Source: Abditibacteriaceae bacterium (lineage in GTDB: Bacteria > Armatimonadota > Abditibacteriia > Abditibacteriales > Abditibacteriaceae). From it: 64,000 nucleotides of DNA. The notes under the pieces are model-generated. The model made no database searches, was not told the DNA's origin, and saw only the letters and a list, made by a program, of their open reading frames with translations. The stretch covers positions 96,001 through 160,000 of the forward strand of contig OZ255721.1 of assembly GCA_965277285.1 (NCBI GenBank). Reading direction: 5' to 3'. A program made the position numbers and the translations under genes. Positions 1 to 9,662 of this stretch are shown piece by piece (position 1 is the stretch's first letter; every line of letters begins with the position of its first letter).

Positions 1-1321
1 ACAACAACAATTCTCGCTCTGCTTCGTTTTTCTTGCGCTCGATACCCAGCGCGATGGAGTCAGCCGCCAAAGCCAAACCTTGCAGGATCGTCTCGCTCAG
101 CGGATGGCGCGCAAAAATTGCCACGACTCCGATTACGCGGTTTTCGACCATCAAGGGATAGCCGGCGAAAGACACCATTCCCTCACGCTTGGCCCATTCG
201 TGATCGCTGACGCGCGGATCGTTGACGACACTGTTAGTCAAATGCGGCTCGCGCTCCTGGGCGATCAGGCCGATCTTGAACTTCCCAACCGGAACACGGC
301 TGTGAAAGCCATCGAGATGCGTGTATAAACCTCGGCTGGCTTTCAATTCCAGCATGTCGCTTTGAGAGTTGAGCGTCCAAATGCGGGCGAAAGCGGCATC
401 GAGATGATGCACCAGCGCCTGCGCGCAATTGTTCAGCAGAACGTCCAAGCTGTCGTTGCGCGTTACAATTTGACCGACTTCGGCGTTCATTTCCGCCAGG
501 CGAGTTCTTTCGACAAGGGCCGCTTCGGCGCGTTTACGCTCGTTGATATTGTAAAAATAAACGGCCACGCCTTCGGGCGTTGGGTAAGCGCGTACTTCAA
601 ACCACGTATCGAGCGGCGGATAAAATTCATCAAACACAACAGCGACTTGCTCTTGCGCCGCGCGCCGATATTGTGTCTCGAAAGCTGTTCCAATCGCTGC
701 GGGGAACTCTTCCCAAATGCTTTTTCCTTGCAAATCGGCTCGCGCTCGCTGCAGCAAAGGCTCGCATTGCGGATTGAGATAAGTGAAACGCCACTGCTCA
801 TCCAGAGTGAAGAAAGCGTTGGGGATACTTTCTAAAATGTTGTTGATGTGCTGGCTCGATTGTTCAAGAGCTTCCTTGATGCGCTGGTGCTCCGTATCAT
901 CGCGCATGATTTTCGCGTAACCGCGCAAAGCACCGGACTCATCGTACAGCGCCATCATCAAGCCGTTGGCCCAAAATCGTGTTCCATTCTTACGCTGATG
1001 CCAGCGCCGATCTTCGGCGCGACCTTTCTGTTGCGCGATGCTCCTTTCCCGGCTGCAGGCATCGCGGGCATTGTCTTCGGGCGTGAAAAGATGGCACGCG
1101 TCAAGACCTAAAAACTCCGCTTCGCTATAGCCGAGAAGCTTTTCGACGCCAAGATTCCAACTTACTGTGATGCCGTTGAGATCGAGAGCGAAAATAGCGA
1201 AATCTTCAACATTCTCAGCGATTAGGCGCAGCATTTCCTCGCTTTGAGGAGAAACTTCTGCAAGCTGCGGCGGCAAAAGCGGCATCGTCGTCGACAAGGG
1301 CGGTTCGTGCTCGTTACTCAT
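1..1321 (-). CDS. PAS-PAS-GAF sensor protein, probably a histidine kinase or hybrid; partial, runs off the left edge
   Basis: Not in the ORF track because it has no stop in the window. Manual translation from ATG at 1321 gives MSNEHEPP...FAIFALDLNGITVSWNLGVEKLLGYSEAEF...RKNGTRFWA (PAS/PAC), LESIPNAFFTLDEQWRFTYLN (PAS) and ARIWTLN...SFAGYPL (GAF). Confidence 0.8.
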   Translation of the reverse strand, partial: MSNEHEPPLSTTMPLLPPQLAEVSPQSEEMLRLIAENVEDFAIFALDLNGITVSWNLGVEKLLGYSEAEFLGLDACHLFTPEDNARDACSRERSIAQQKGRAEDRRWHQRKNGTRFWANGLMMALYDESGALRGYAKIMRDDTEHQRIKEALEQSSQHINNILESIPNAFFTLDEQWRFTYLNPQCEPLLQRARADLQGKSIWEEFPAAIGTAFETQYRRAAQEQVAVVFDEFYPPLDTWFEVRAYPTPEGVAVYFYNINERKRAEAALVERTRLAEMNAEVGQIVTRNDSLDVLLNNCAQALVHHLDAAFARIWTLNSQSDMLELKASRGLYTHLDGFHSRVPVGKFKIGLIAQEREPHLTNSVVNDPRVSDHEWAKREGMVSFAGYPLMVENRVIGVVAIFARHPLSETILQGLALAADSIALGIERKKNEAERELLL

Positions 1322-1462
1322 ATCTATGACTCATCGAAGCTTAATTGTATCCCTTTTTATCTAACCAATCTTTGCCTGCCAGTAATACACATCAAGTTTT
1401 ATAAACAACCTTCGAGGCTGTATCATTTTCTTTGATTATCTGTAACCGAATTTGCGCGAAGG

Positions 1463-1556
1463 TGCCGTAAGCAACACGCTGCCGTAAGCAACACGCTGCC
1501 GTAAGCAACACGCTGCCGTAAGCAACACGCTGCCGTAAGCAACACGCTGCCGTAAG
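1463..1556. repeat. Perfect tandem repeat, 17-bp unit TGCCGTAAGCAACACGC, about 5.5 copies
   Basis: Read directly; head-to-tail units with no spacers. Confidence 0.95.
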
Positions 1557-1986
1557 GCCAAAAAAGTCGGCAACGAGGGAATTCAGCGGAACTTTGTGGG
1601 GCAAATTCGATGCGAAGAAAACGATAAGGGGAACTGAATAGGTTTGTATGCTGCGCGACGATTCGAGTACTCGATTGATCTTTTATCTCGTCTACGACGA
1701 CTTTATCAAGCCTGCTTGCGAAATCTCAATCAAATGTTACTTGATGTCGCCTTGTATGTCGCCTTGTATGTTCCATTGCGTTGCCTTACCGCGATAACAC
1801 AGAGGAAATCGCATCAAGTTCATGGCTGAAATCGAGCCAATTTTTACATCTACCGTTCTTATTCGTGCTTTGCTGTACCACGATTATGACTTCTCGCCTG
1901 AACTTTCGCTCATAATTTTGTATTGTGCGACATGCGAGCCAAACGAGCGTTGCTGCGAGGGAAAAAGGTGCAGAGGTTCGCCAACC

Positions 1987-3768
1987 TCAAACGAAAAGTT
2001 TCTTGATGTTGTCAGTTGAACTTACATTGTCGGTTAACCTTCGATAAGTCGTGTCATTGAGGTTGGTGCCGCTTGCTTCAACATGGCCTGCAGGTGATTC
2101 TGCAAGAACTGTGCGGTCGCGTCCCTCGTGTTTGGCGCGATATAAAGCGGCATCGGCGGCGCGAATCAGGTCGGCGGTATTTTCTCCCTGTTCGGGAAAC
2201 ATCGCGATACCCATCGAAATCGTAACCGTTCCCAACGCCTGGCTGCGATATTCAAGATGAAGGTCTTTGACTTTCTGACGCAGTTGTTCCGCTCTTTGAT
2301 GAGCCATCGTCAGGGACAGTTCGGGCAAAACCAAAACGAACTCTTCGCCTCCGTAGCGGCACGCGATGTCTTCGTTGCGGACGTGCGCTTTGAGCAGGCC
2401 GGCGAATTTGGCCAAAAGAAGATCGCCGGCTTCGTGTCCAAAGGTGTCGTTAAACCTTTTGAAGTGGTCGATGTCGATCATGACGACAGCGATAGGATGC
2501 GGCTTGCGCTGAGCGCGCGACAATTCTCCTTCCATTGATGCTTCCAAGTAGCGCCGATTAAACAAGCCCGATAAAGGATCTCGAATCGATTGAGTGCGCA
2601 ACGTTTCTTGCAACTTCAAATTTGCCAGCGACAACGAGATTTGCTCGCCTGCAGTGCGAGCCAATTGTTGCTTGGCTTCACTCAGTGTTCCCACTTGAAT
2701 TTCATCGGCAGCCTGACCAATGGCTTCGCCCGCGTTTTTGTTCTTATCCTGGCTTGTGGCCTGCTCGAGATATAGCGATCCCAGAGTTTCGCCGTGTGCT
2801 GCTATGGGCAAGCACAAGAAGCTTGATGAATCAGAAAATTTTACGTGTTGGCATTGTGGCCCCGCCTGGTTGCCTTGAACCAGGTGCAATCGGCTACGGC
2901 GCAAGCCCCAGCATTCATCGGGCGAAAACACGGGCTGCGACGAAAGTTGCTTTCGACCCGGAGCTTCCCATGTCAGCACTGCTTCCGCGAGATTACTGGA
3001 AGCATTGAGCAAATAAAGCGCGCCAGCTTCTTGCGGGAAAAGTTGCGGCATGGTCTGGCCGATAATAGCATAAGCTTCTGGCGTGGTGCGACAGCTTTGT
3101 AGCAGATCGCTCATCGTGCTAATCAAAGTCATTTCACGTGTCAGGCGCTGCATTTCTTGAAGAGAATGTTGCAGTTGAATGGTGCTGGTGCGCAAATCAT
3201 CTTCGACTACGGCGCGTTGACCGCTTTCCCGCGCGATTAAATTCAACATTATTAAGATGATGGCAAAGCTCAGGACGAGTCCGCCGCTGCTAACTGAAAA
3301 AGCCGATCCAGAAGCCGCCTGCGCTGCCGTTGTCCGCTCCTGCAGCAAGCGCCGTTCTTCGCCTTCCATCTGCTCAATGAGAATGCGCAGTTGATCGGTT
3401 TGGTGTTGCGCGATGTCGTTTGCTACAAGATGTTGCGCCGCTTGGAAACTTTGTTGACGTAAAGTGATGCCGCTTTGGAGCATTGCAACGCGCGCCTGAG
3501 CTTGAGTCCTGAGAAGGGGAATGCGCTTTTGCTGTACAGGGTTATCTACCGTAAGTTCGCCGACCTGCTGAACAGCCTGAAAAATACGAGGCACCGCCAC
3601 ATCGTAATCCGCAAGGTAATCGACTTTTCCTGTAATGATGTAGCCACGTTGAGCCGTTTCAGCGTCATCCAAAGAAAGCAGAATTTGATTGAGCACATCG
3701 AGTACTCGATGTGTATGAGCTACCCAGGCCGTGTCCTGAATAGAGCCGCTCTCACTACGATAAACCAT
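1987..3768 (-). CDS. Diguanylate cyclase (CHASE3-GAF-GGDEF); true start probably upstream at 3843
   Basis: DAETAQRGYIITG (CHASE3), CWGLRR (GAF-like), DIDHFKRFNDTFGH, RYGGEEF active site and RNED I-site. Confidence 0.9.
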   Translation of the reverse strand: MVYRSESGSIQDTAWVAHTHRVLDVLNQILLSLDDAETAQRGYIITGKVDYLADYDVAVPRIFQAVQQVGELTVDNPVQQKRIPLLRTQAQARVAMLQSGITLRQQSFQAAQHLVANDIAQHQTDQLRILIEQMEGEERRLLQERTTAAQAASGSAFSVSSGGLVLSFAIILIMLNLIARESGQRAVVEDDLRTSTIQLQHSLQEMQRLTREMTLISTMSDLLQSCRTTPEAYAIIGQTMPQLFPQEAGALYLLNASSNLAEAVLTWEAPGRKQLSSQPVFSPDECWGLRRSRLHLVQGNQAGPQCQHVKFSDSSSFLCLPIAAHGETLGSLYLEQATSQDKNKNAGEAIGQAADEIQVGTLSEAKQQLARTAGEQISLSLANLKLQETLRTQSIRDPLSGLFNRRYLEASMEGELSRAQRKPHPIAVVMIDIDHFKRFNDTFGHEAGDLLLAKFAGLLKAHVRNEDIACRYGGEEFVLVLPELSLTMAHQRAEQLRQKVKDLHLEYRSQALGTVTISMGIAMFPEQGENTADLIRAADAALYRAKHEGRDRTVLAESPAGHVEASGTNLNDTTYRRLTDNVSSTDNIKKLFV

Positions 3769-4524
3769 GAAACCAACTAAGACGAGAAGCGCCGTAGCGA
3801 GAGCGAACCATCCTTTAAGCCGATTGCGGACTGATTTTCGTATGGCACATCACTCCCTCTTTGTTCTCCATCATTGCTCGCCTTCATACCGTTTGACACC
3901 GTTTTGGCCAAAGTCGTTTTGTGGCGCAGCGACCAAACAGGAAGAACGCGGTTCGCCATCTTCAGTGTCCGCATCTTCTTCAGTTTGTCACTCGCTGTCA
4001 TCTGCAGAAGACTGCGCTTCTTGCATTTGATGCCGTTCGGTGCGAGCTTGGTGTATATCGTGATCGTGCCGATATGCTGAGCACCTTGATTTCTCAAAAT
4101 GACTGCAGATCGTCGCACAAAACTCACAGTGAAAAAAGTGCTTGGTCTATCGGCAAGGCTGGGGTATGTCACCTGTCGCTGGATGCCTCAAAGCACCAGT
4201 TGCTTGCGTTCATCGCACGGCGTTCGTTGACAAGACAAGACATTGATTGAGATTTTTCGATAACTCGTTACTTCGACAACTCGTTACAAAAATCCAAGAT
4301 GTCGAATAAGAAGTTGTTGAAGTGATAAGGTGCAATTCATGGCATCTCGATGAATTGCATCGCAACTTGGGTTCGCTCAAGGCTTGCGCTGAGTGAAGAA
4401 GCGTCACACTTTTTGCAGCAGACGCTTGGAAGGGTAGTGTCACGGGCCGTCGGAAGGATGTACCAGATCGGCCAAACCGTATATTTACTGGGGCTTGCCG
4501 AAAAAGTTGGCAATGATGAACTTT

Positions 4525-4601
4525 TGGTGCGCCCACCTGGACTCGAACCAGGGACCTCTACATTATCAGTGTAGCGCTCTAACCAGCTGAGCTATGGGCG
4601 C
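4525..4601 (-). tRNA. tRNA-Ile(GAU)
   Basis: Reverse complement GCGCCCATAGCTCAGCTGGTTAGAGCG-CTACA CTGATAA TGTAG...GGTTCGAGTCC...TGGGCGCACCA folds as a cloverleaf with encoded CCA. Confidence 0.95.
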
Positions 4602-4702
4602 ATAACTTGCGAATCGCATGACGATTCATATCAATGGCACGCGAGAAGAAATGATACCTGAACCTGAGACACGATGCAAGCGCTTTGAAAGAAAATTCAG
4701 TC

Positions 4703-4731
4703 TTGCCGTTCGTTTTTGACGGTGTTATAAT
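4703..4731 (+). promoter_or_regulatory. Sigma70-type promoter for tRNA-Ser
   Basis: TTGCCG-17 bp-TATAAT with extended -10 TG. Confidence 0.6.
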
Positions 4732-4769
4732 CGCTGTGCACCGCCGCTTGGAAAGGTTTGACGCGACTT

Positions 4770-4859
4770 GGAGGGATACTCAAGTGGCCGAAGAGGCGGG
4801 TTTGCTAAACCTGTAGGCGTGGGTAACTGCGCGCGAGGGTTCGAATCCCTCTCCCTCCG
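4770..4859 (+). tRNA. tRNA-Ser(GCU)
   Basis: GGAGGGA acceptor stem, anticodon loop TTGCTAA, long variable arm, GGTTCGAATCC T-loop; no encoded CCA. Confidence 0.92.
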
Positions 4860-5064
4860 TTGATTGTTGTTTGTTATATCGTTGTTCGTCATAAAACTGA
4901 AAAACGCGATGCTTTCTCAAGGCGTCGAGTTTTCGTTTTGATGTCAAAGTTCGTTTCCCTGCGGCTTCGCGTTCCTCAGTGTTTATCGAGTACTCGATTG
5001 CAGCGTTTATCGGTTGCACGATGGGATGCGAAGCGCAAGCAGCAAAGTTTTTTGATGTCCAGCC

Positions 5065-5093
5065 TTGCAGCCGAGCGGCTTTTCGCCTATAAT
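5065..5093 (+). promoter_or_regulatory. Sigma70-type promoter for the tRNA-Arg cluster
   Basis: TTGCAG-17 bp-TATAAT. Confidence 0.6.
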
Positions 5094-5140
5094 TTTGCAG
5101 GCAGTTTTGCGTTTACGCATTGCGTTTACGCATTGCGTTT

Positions 5141-5216
<76 letters not shown>

Positions 5217-5221
5217 TTTTC

Positions 5222-5297
5222 AAAGTTCTTAGTTTTGAATTCTCAATTTTGAGTTGGCAACTTCATTCAAAATTGAGAATTCAAAACTAAGAACTTT
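5222..5297. repeat. AT-rich heptamer-based inverted repeat with 31-bp perfect arms
   Basis: AAAGTTCTTAGTTTTGAATTCTCAATTTTGA (5222-5252) pairs with 5267-5297. Confidence 0.9.
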
Positions 5298-5305
5298 TTC
5301 GTTTA

Positions 5306-5378
5306 GCGCCCGTGGCCCAGTGGATAAGGCGTCGCCCTCCGAAGGCGAAGATCGCACGTTCGAGTCGTGCCGGGCGCA
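5306..5378 (+). tRNA. tRNA-Arg(CCG)
   Basis: GCGCCCG acceptor stem; TCGCC CTCCGAA GGCGA anticodon arm; GTTCGAG T-loop. Confidence 0.93.
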
Positions 5379-5383
5379 GTTTC

Positions 5384-5460
5384 GCAATTTTTAATTTTAA
5401 GTTCTTAATTCTCAGTTGAGAAACCTTATTCAAAATTAAGAACTTAAAATTAAAAATTGC
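5384..5460. repeat. AT-rich heptamer-based inverted repeat with 27-bp perfect arms
   Basis: GCAATTTTTAATTTTAAGTTCTTAATT (5384-5410) pairs with 5434-5460. Confidence 0.9.
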
Positions 5461-5467
5461 CGTTCCC

Positions 5468-5539
5468 GCCTTCGTAGCACAATGGATCGTGCAGGCCTCT
5501 CCTAAGGGCAAGATCGGGGTTCGATTCCCTGCGAGGGCA
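5468..5539 (+). tRNA. tRNA-Arg(CCU)
   Basis: GCCTTCG/CGAGGGC acceptor stem, anticodon loop CTCCTAA, GGTTCGATTCC T-loop; the anticodon stem has a mismatch. Confidence 0.85.
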
Positions 5540-5594
5540 CTTTCTCCATTGACGATTTGTGGATGGACGATGGACGAATATCGCTTGCTCGAAA

Positions 5595-6119
5595 ATGTCA
5601 TTTTTCCCATCAAATCAAGCCGAACCTTCCCACTTCTCCGACGAACACTGGATGCATATTGCACTCGACGAAGCGCAAAGATGTCTGCGCGACTCTTCAA
5701 CTCAAAACTCAAAACTCAAAATTGAGAACTTGTCCGATGTCCCCATCGGCGCCCTGTGCGTGCGCCACAACGAAATCATTGCGCGCGGTCACAATCGCCG
5801 CGAAATTGACCAAGATTCCACCGCGCACGCCGAAGTTCTGGCGATTCGTGAGGCCAATCGAGTACTCGATTCGTGGCGATTGGACAACGTGACGCTTTAT
5901 GTCACGCTGGAGCCGTGCGCGATGTGCGCCGGTGCGATCTGGCTCAGTCGAATTGAACGCGTCGTGTTCGGTGCGTGGGACGACAAAGCGGGCGCCTGCG
6001 GTTCGCTCGTCGATATTTTGCGCGACCCGCGCTTGAATCACACGCCTCAGGTGCGCGGCGGCATTCTGGAAGACGAATGCAAAACGATGTTGCAGGAGTT
6101 TTTCGCGCAGCGCCGTTAA
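5595..6119 (+). CDS. tadA: tRNA adenosine(34) deaminase
   Basis: DEHWMHIALDEA, VPIGA, TAHAE, TLEPCAMC, C-terminal FFAQRR; start moved to ATG 5595. Confidence 0.93.
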   Translation: MSFFPSNQAEPSHFSDEHWMHIALDEAQRCLRDSSTQNSKLKIENLSDVPIGALCVRHNEIIARGHNRREIDQDSTAHAEVLAIREANRVLDSWRLDNVTLYVTLEPCAMCAGAIWLSRIERVVFGAWDDKAGACGSLVDILRDPRLNHTPQVRGGILEDECKTMLQEFFAQRR

Positions 6120-6628
6120 AGTTGGCCAAAGAACCAGAGTTCGTTGCTGAAAACTTCATCCTCATCCGCAACTTCTTGTCGAAAACCCTTTTCCTCAAAT
6201 CCGTCCGGCAAGAGCAAAGACCGTTCTTTGCTCAAACTCCTTTTCTGTGACAACGCCAGCCATTTTTGTTCTGGAGAATTGCGCACGAAAAACGAATCGA
6301 AGTAACTTTCATCGAAGAAAACAATGATTTGCGATGCCCACAAATCGGGCAAAGAAACGGCGACGACGACGCGCGAAAACTCATTCTGCGGTGCAAGGGT
6401 TGTCAAATGAAAGGCGCTTTCCAACAGGGTTTGAACACACAAGCGGCGCACGGAACGCGGCGTCGCTGTTGAATCGATGAAGTCCATTGCGACTGGCAAA
6501 GGAAGATGCCAGTAGCCGCTGTTTGAATAAGGTCGAGGAAACTCGCGCGTTTCTGCCTCAATGCGCGCAATCATATTGCGACATTTGCGCTTCAAGCCGC
6601 GCGGTTTCCTCTTGATGTAAAGTTTCAT
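6116..6628 (-). CDS. DUF3916-like protein
   Basis: KPRGLKRKCR...YWHLPLPV...LPDLWASQIIVF...ELWFFG resembles DUF3916; start chosen at ATG 6628. Confidence 0.65.
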   Translation of the reverse strand: MKLYIKRKPRGLKRKCRNMIARIEAETREFPRPYSNSGYWHLPLPVAMDFIDSTATPRSVRRLCVQTLLESAFHLTTLAPQNEFSRVVVAVSLPDLWASQIIVFFDESYFDSFFVRNSPEQKWLALSQKRSLSKERSLLLPDGFEEKGFRQEVADEDEVFSNELWFFGQL

Positions 6629-6679
6629 TCGAGTACTCGATCTTCGGGAAACAGTGAACAGATGAGGCATAATCAGGTG

Positions 6680-6979
6680 ATGAGCGGAACCAAGAAGCTA
6701 CTGTTGGTCGTTGAAGATGCCTTTACGGTGTCGGGACGCGGTCTTATCGTTTTCCCTTTTCTAACTCTGGAAGTTATCGGCAATAAGAAGATTGAGCACT
6801 ACCAACCGATTGCTGTGCGCCTAATTCATAGAGACGGCACTCAAGACGAGACTGAGGCAAAACTTGGTTTCGAGCATTTCAACCCAGGTGGTTACCATCT
6901 GTTTTGTATTTTCCCTAATGCCACCAAAGAACAAATTCCAATTGGAACCGAAATCTGGCTGCTCGAAGATTTGTCTTGA
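6680..6979 (+). CDS. Small hypothetical protein
   Basis: Compact ORF; VEDAFTVSGRG weakly recalls an EF-Tu domain II-like barrel. Confidence 0.55.
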   Translation: MSGTKKLLLVVEDAFTVSGRGLIVFPFLTLEVIGNKKIEHYQPIAVRLIHRDGTQDETEAKLGFEHFNPGGYHLFCIFPNATKEQIPIGTEIWLLEDLS

Positions 6980-7045
6980 TCGAGTGCTCGATAACGAACC
7001 TGAAGCATGAGCGACGGGCAGGTTATGCTGTAATGTAACGATTTC

Positions 7046-7387
7046 TCATTCGTCATCGGAAGCTGAAGCAACACGCAGCATAGACCGTATGATTAGCCAT
7101 GCAAATTTATATATGAGAAAAACGACCAAAAGAATAAATAACGACCAGACAATGCTGTCTAAGAAATATACGAGAAATGACAGAGAAGAACTCCAGTTTT
7201 TGGTCAAGTGCAAAATTGGAAGTTGCAGAGTGTGAACGTAAAGAAGCCATTCTACACTTTTTTCCAATCCTGATAATGAGCCTGTTTTGTGCGCTTGGTC
7301 AATGTATAAGAACGTTGCAAAGCGAGCAACCATCAAGACAAAGATGGCGGCTAATAGCGATAATTTGTGCTTCACGGATGGCTTCAT
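7046..7387 (-). CDS. Hypothetical membrane protein
   Basis: Two to three hydrophobic segments; AT-rich. Confidence 0.55.
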   Translation of the reverse strand: MKPSVKHKLSLLAAIFVLMVARFATFLYIDQAHKTGSLSGLEKSVEWLLYVHTLQLPILHLTKNWSSSLSFLVYFLDSIVWSLFILLVVFLIYKFAWLIIRSMLRVASASDDE

Positions 7388-7412
7388 ATCACTTATTTCT
7401 TTCTCTCATAAT

Positions 7413-9656
7413 TCAACTTTTCTCTTCCCACAAAACGTCCAAAATCGCCGGGCCGTATTGCTCGACTTTGGCCGGGCCGATGCCGCTGATGGACAACAAT
7501 TCGGTTTCACTGGTGGGTTTGCGCAGGGCGATTTCGAGCAGAGCTTTGTCGCTGACGACGCAATACGGCGGCAGATTGCGCGTTTCGGCTTCGCCGCGGC
7601 GCCACTTGCGCAACGCTTCAAAAACCGCGTCTGAAGCCTCGTCATTCAGTTCATCGCGCGTAGAAATCGCCAGCGGCGCTTTGATTTGAAGTTCTTCCTT
7701 ATTCTGCCAGGCGTCGCGTCCGGCTCGCGTGATGCGGCACACGAAATATTCGTCTTCGTCGCCTTGATGCAGCAAACCATGCGCGATCAAACTTTCCAGC
7801 CAACCATCAACCGCGCTTTCCGATGCGCCTTTCAAGACGCCAAATAGCGGACAGCCTTCGTTCTTGAATCGTGTCACGTCTTTGGAATTGGAGCCGCGCA
7901 GCAGTTTGTTCAAGCGCGCTTTGCCGACCTGCGGCCACAACGCGTCCAAACCTTGCAGCAGTTGATGAATGTCGGTCGCATCGACGCGGTTCGGCATCGG
8001 CGCGCGTTGTTTGGGCGCCAGTTCGACATTTCGAGTACTCGATTCCGCTGCGGACGCTTCGGGCGGCGCTTCGCAGTTGTCGCAACAGAAACGGATTTTT
8101 TCGCCGTCGCTTTTGGTCGTCCATTCGGCTTCGGGACGCTCGAAATCGCCGAAGTAACTCAAAGTCGTTTTGCGGCGGCAAACCGTTGTTTTGCAATAGC
8201 CCATCATTTCGTCCAAACGCCGAAAACGTTCGGTGCGCTGCTTGTCCAAATCGGCGGCAATGCGGCGAAGCGCAGCAGCCGGAAAAACGCGATCGGTGAT
8301 TTGCAGAAAGGTTTCGTCGCCGGTTTCGCCCAATCGTCGCAGAACGTTCGCGCGTTCCATTTCGCCCAGCGCCAGGCGACTTTTTACTTCGTTCCAGCCC
8401 AGATTCTGGTTCCACCAACCGCGCGGAATCGCCAGCGTTCCCTGTCCGCGCAGGCACAATTCGGTATGCGCGCGACGAATATCTTCGGGCGTCAGCGCGT
8501 CGTTTTCGATGAACCATTCGCGCGTGCGTCGGTCGGCGAAGTTGTACAAAACCACGCAGCGACTGCGCTTGCCGTCTCGTCCGGCGCGCCCGGCTTCCTG
8601 ATAATAACTTTCCAGGCTGTCGGGATAAACGTAATGCACCACAAAGCGCACATCCGGCTTGTCGATGCCCATGCCGAAGGCGTTCGTCGCCACCAGAACC
8701 GCCAGATCGTTGTTGATCCAGCGATTTTGCAAATTGTTGCGCGTGCTTGGGTCAAGCCCCGCATGATACGCCGCCGCGCTTCTGCCGACGCTTTGCAACG
8801 CTTTGTTCGCCAGAGTTGCGACTTCATCGCACTGCTTGCGCGTGGCGACATAAATCAATCCGCTGCCGCCCATTCTGGCCAACTTCGGCAAAGCTTTGCT
8901 CAATCGTTCCTGGCGTTCCGTGTCGCTTTTGCAACGATGAACCGCGAAATGCAGGTTTGGGCGATTGAAGCCGCCGACCAGTTTCAACGGCTCGTTCATG
9001 CCCAGATTGGCGACAATACTTTCTTGCACGCGCAACGTCGCGGTCGCTGTAACCGCCAAAAGCGGCGGTCGCCCCAGACTTTCGATGACGGGCTTGAGCG
9101 TCATGTAATCGGGCCGAAAATCGTGTCCCCATTCCGAAATGCAGTGCGCTTCATCGACCACAAAACGCGCGATTCGCGTACTCGAAAGCGCCTGCACAAA
9201 CGCCTGCGAACGAAAGCGTTCCGGCGCGACATAAAGCAGGCGAATGTGACCGCCGCGAATCGCCTCCAACAACGCGCTTTGCTCGTCCTGACTTTGCAGC
9301 GAATTGAGATAAGCGCAACCCAATTGCTTGAAAGAAGTGCGACTTTTCAGCGCCTCGACCTGATCGCGCATCAGTGCAACCAAAGGCGAAATCACCAGCG
9401 TCAAACCTTCGTCGAGGGCAGCCGGAAGTTGAAAACACAGCGATTTTCCAGCGCCCGTCGGCATCACAACCAAAACATCGCGCCCTTCCAGCGAAGCCGC
9501 AATCGCTTCTTCCTGATGCGGACGAAAACCGTCGAAACCAAAATTATCGCGCAAAACCTCGCGCAAAGTTTCGCTGGTGAATCGAGTACTCGATGGAAGT
9601 TCTTGGGGGTTTTGTGGTGAAATTTCGAGTGAAGAAGTGGCGGCGAGCATGACCAA
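7413..9656 (-). CDS. recQ: RecQ family ATP-dependent DNA helicase with RQC and HRDC domains
   Basis: MPTGAGKS, VDEAHCISEWGHDFRPDY, QEAGRAGRDG, CRR/CCDNC zinc motif, HRDC LRKWRR...GIGPAKVEQYG. Confidence 0.93.
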   Translation of the reverse strand: MVMLAATSSLEISPQNPQELPSSTRFTSETLREVLRDNFGFDGFRPHQEEAIAASLEGRDVLVVMPTGAGKSLCFQLPAALDEGLTLVISPLVALMRDQVEALKSRTSFKQLGCAYLNSLQSQDEQSALLEAIRGGHIRLLYVAPERFRSQAFVQALSSTRIARFVVDEAHCISEWGHDFRPDYMTLKPVIESLGRPPLLAVTATATLRVQESIVANLGMNEPLKLVGGFNRPNLHFAVHRCKSDTERQERLSKALPKLARMGGSGLIYVATRKQCDEVATLANKALQSVGRSAAAYHAGLDPSTRNNLQNRWINNDLAVLVATNAFGMGIDKPDVRFVVHYVYPDSLESYYQEAGRAGRDGKRSRCVVLYNFADRRTREWFIENDALTPEDIRRAHTELCLRGQGTLAIPRGWWNQNLGWNEVKSRLALGEMERANVLRRLGETGDETFLQITDRVFPAAALRRIAADLDKQRTERFRRLDEMMGYCKTTVCRRKTTLSYFGDFERPEAEWTTKSDGEKIRFCCDNCEAPPEASAAESSTRNVELAPKQRAPMPNRVDATDIHQLLQGLDALWPQVGKARLNKLLRGSNSKDVTRFKNEGCPLFGVLKGASESAVDGWLESLIAHGLLHQGDEDEYFVCRITRAGRDAWQNKEELQIKAPLAISTRDELNDEASDAVFEALRKWRRGEAETRNLPPYCVVSDKALLEIALRKPTSETELLSISGIGPAKVEQYGPAILDVLWEEKS

Positions 9657-9662
9657 ATTATA

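Noticed and set aside
80..1111. Plus-strand ORFs 80-328, 362-835 and 848-1111
   Set aside because: They are antisense shadows of the minus-strand PAS/GAF gene.
1463..1556. CRISPR array
   Set aside because: The units are contiguous with no spacers, only 17 bp long, and no cas genes are present.
4350..4574. ORF running into tRNA-Ile, considered as a recombinase remnant
   Set aside because: It has no catalytic motifs and its C-terminus is just the antisense of the tRNA.
7953..9620. 555-aa plus-strand ORF and similar long antisense ORFs (e.g. 18864-19781, 57246-58214, 60120-61220)
   Set aside because: They are shadows opposite well-supported genes and have no recognisable motifs.
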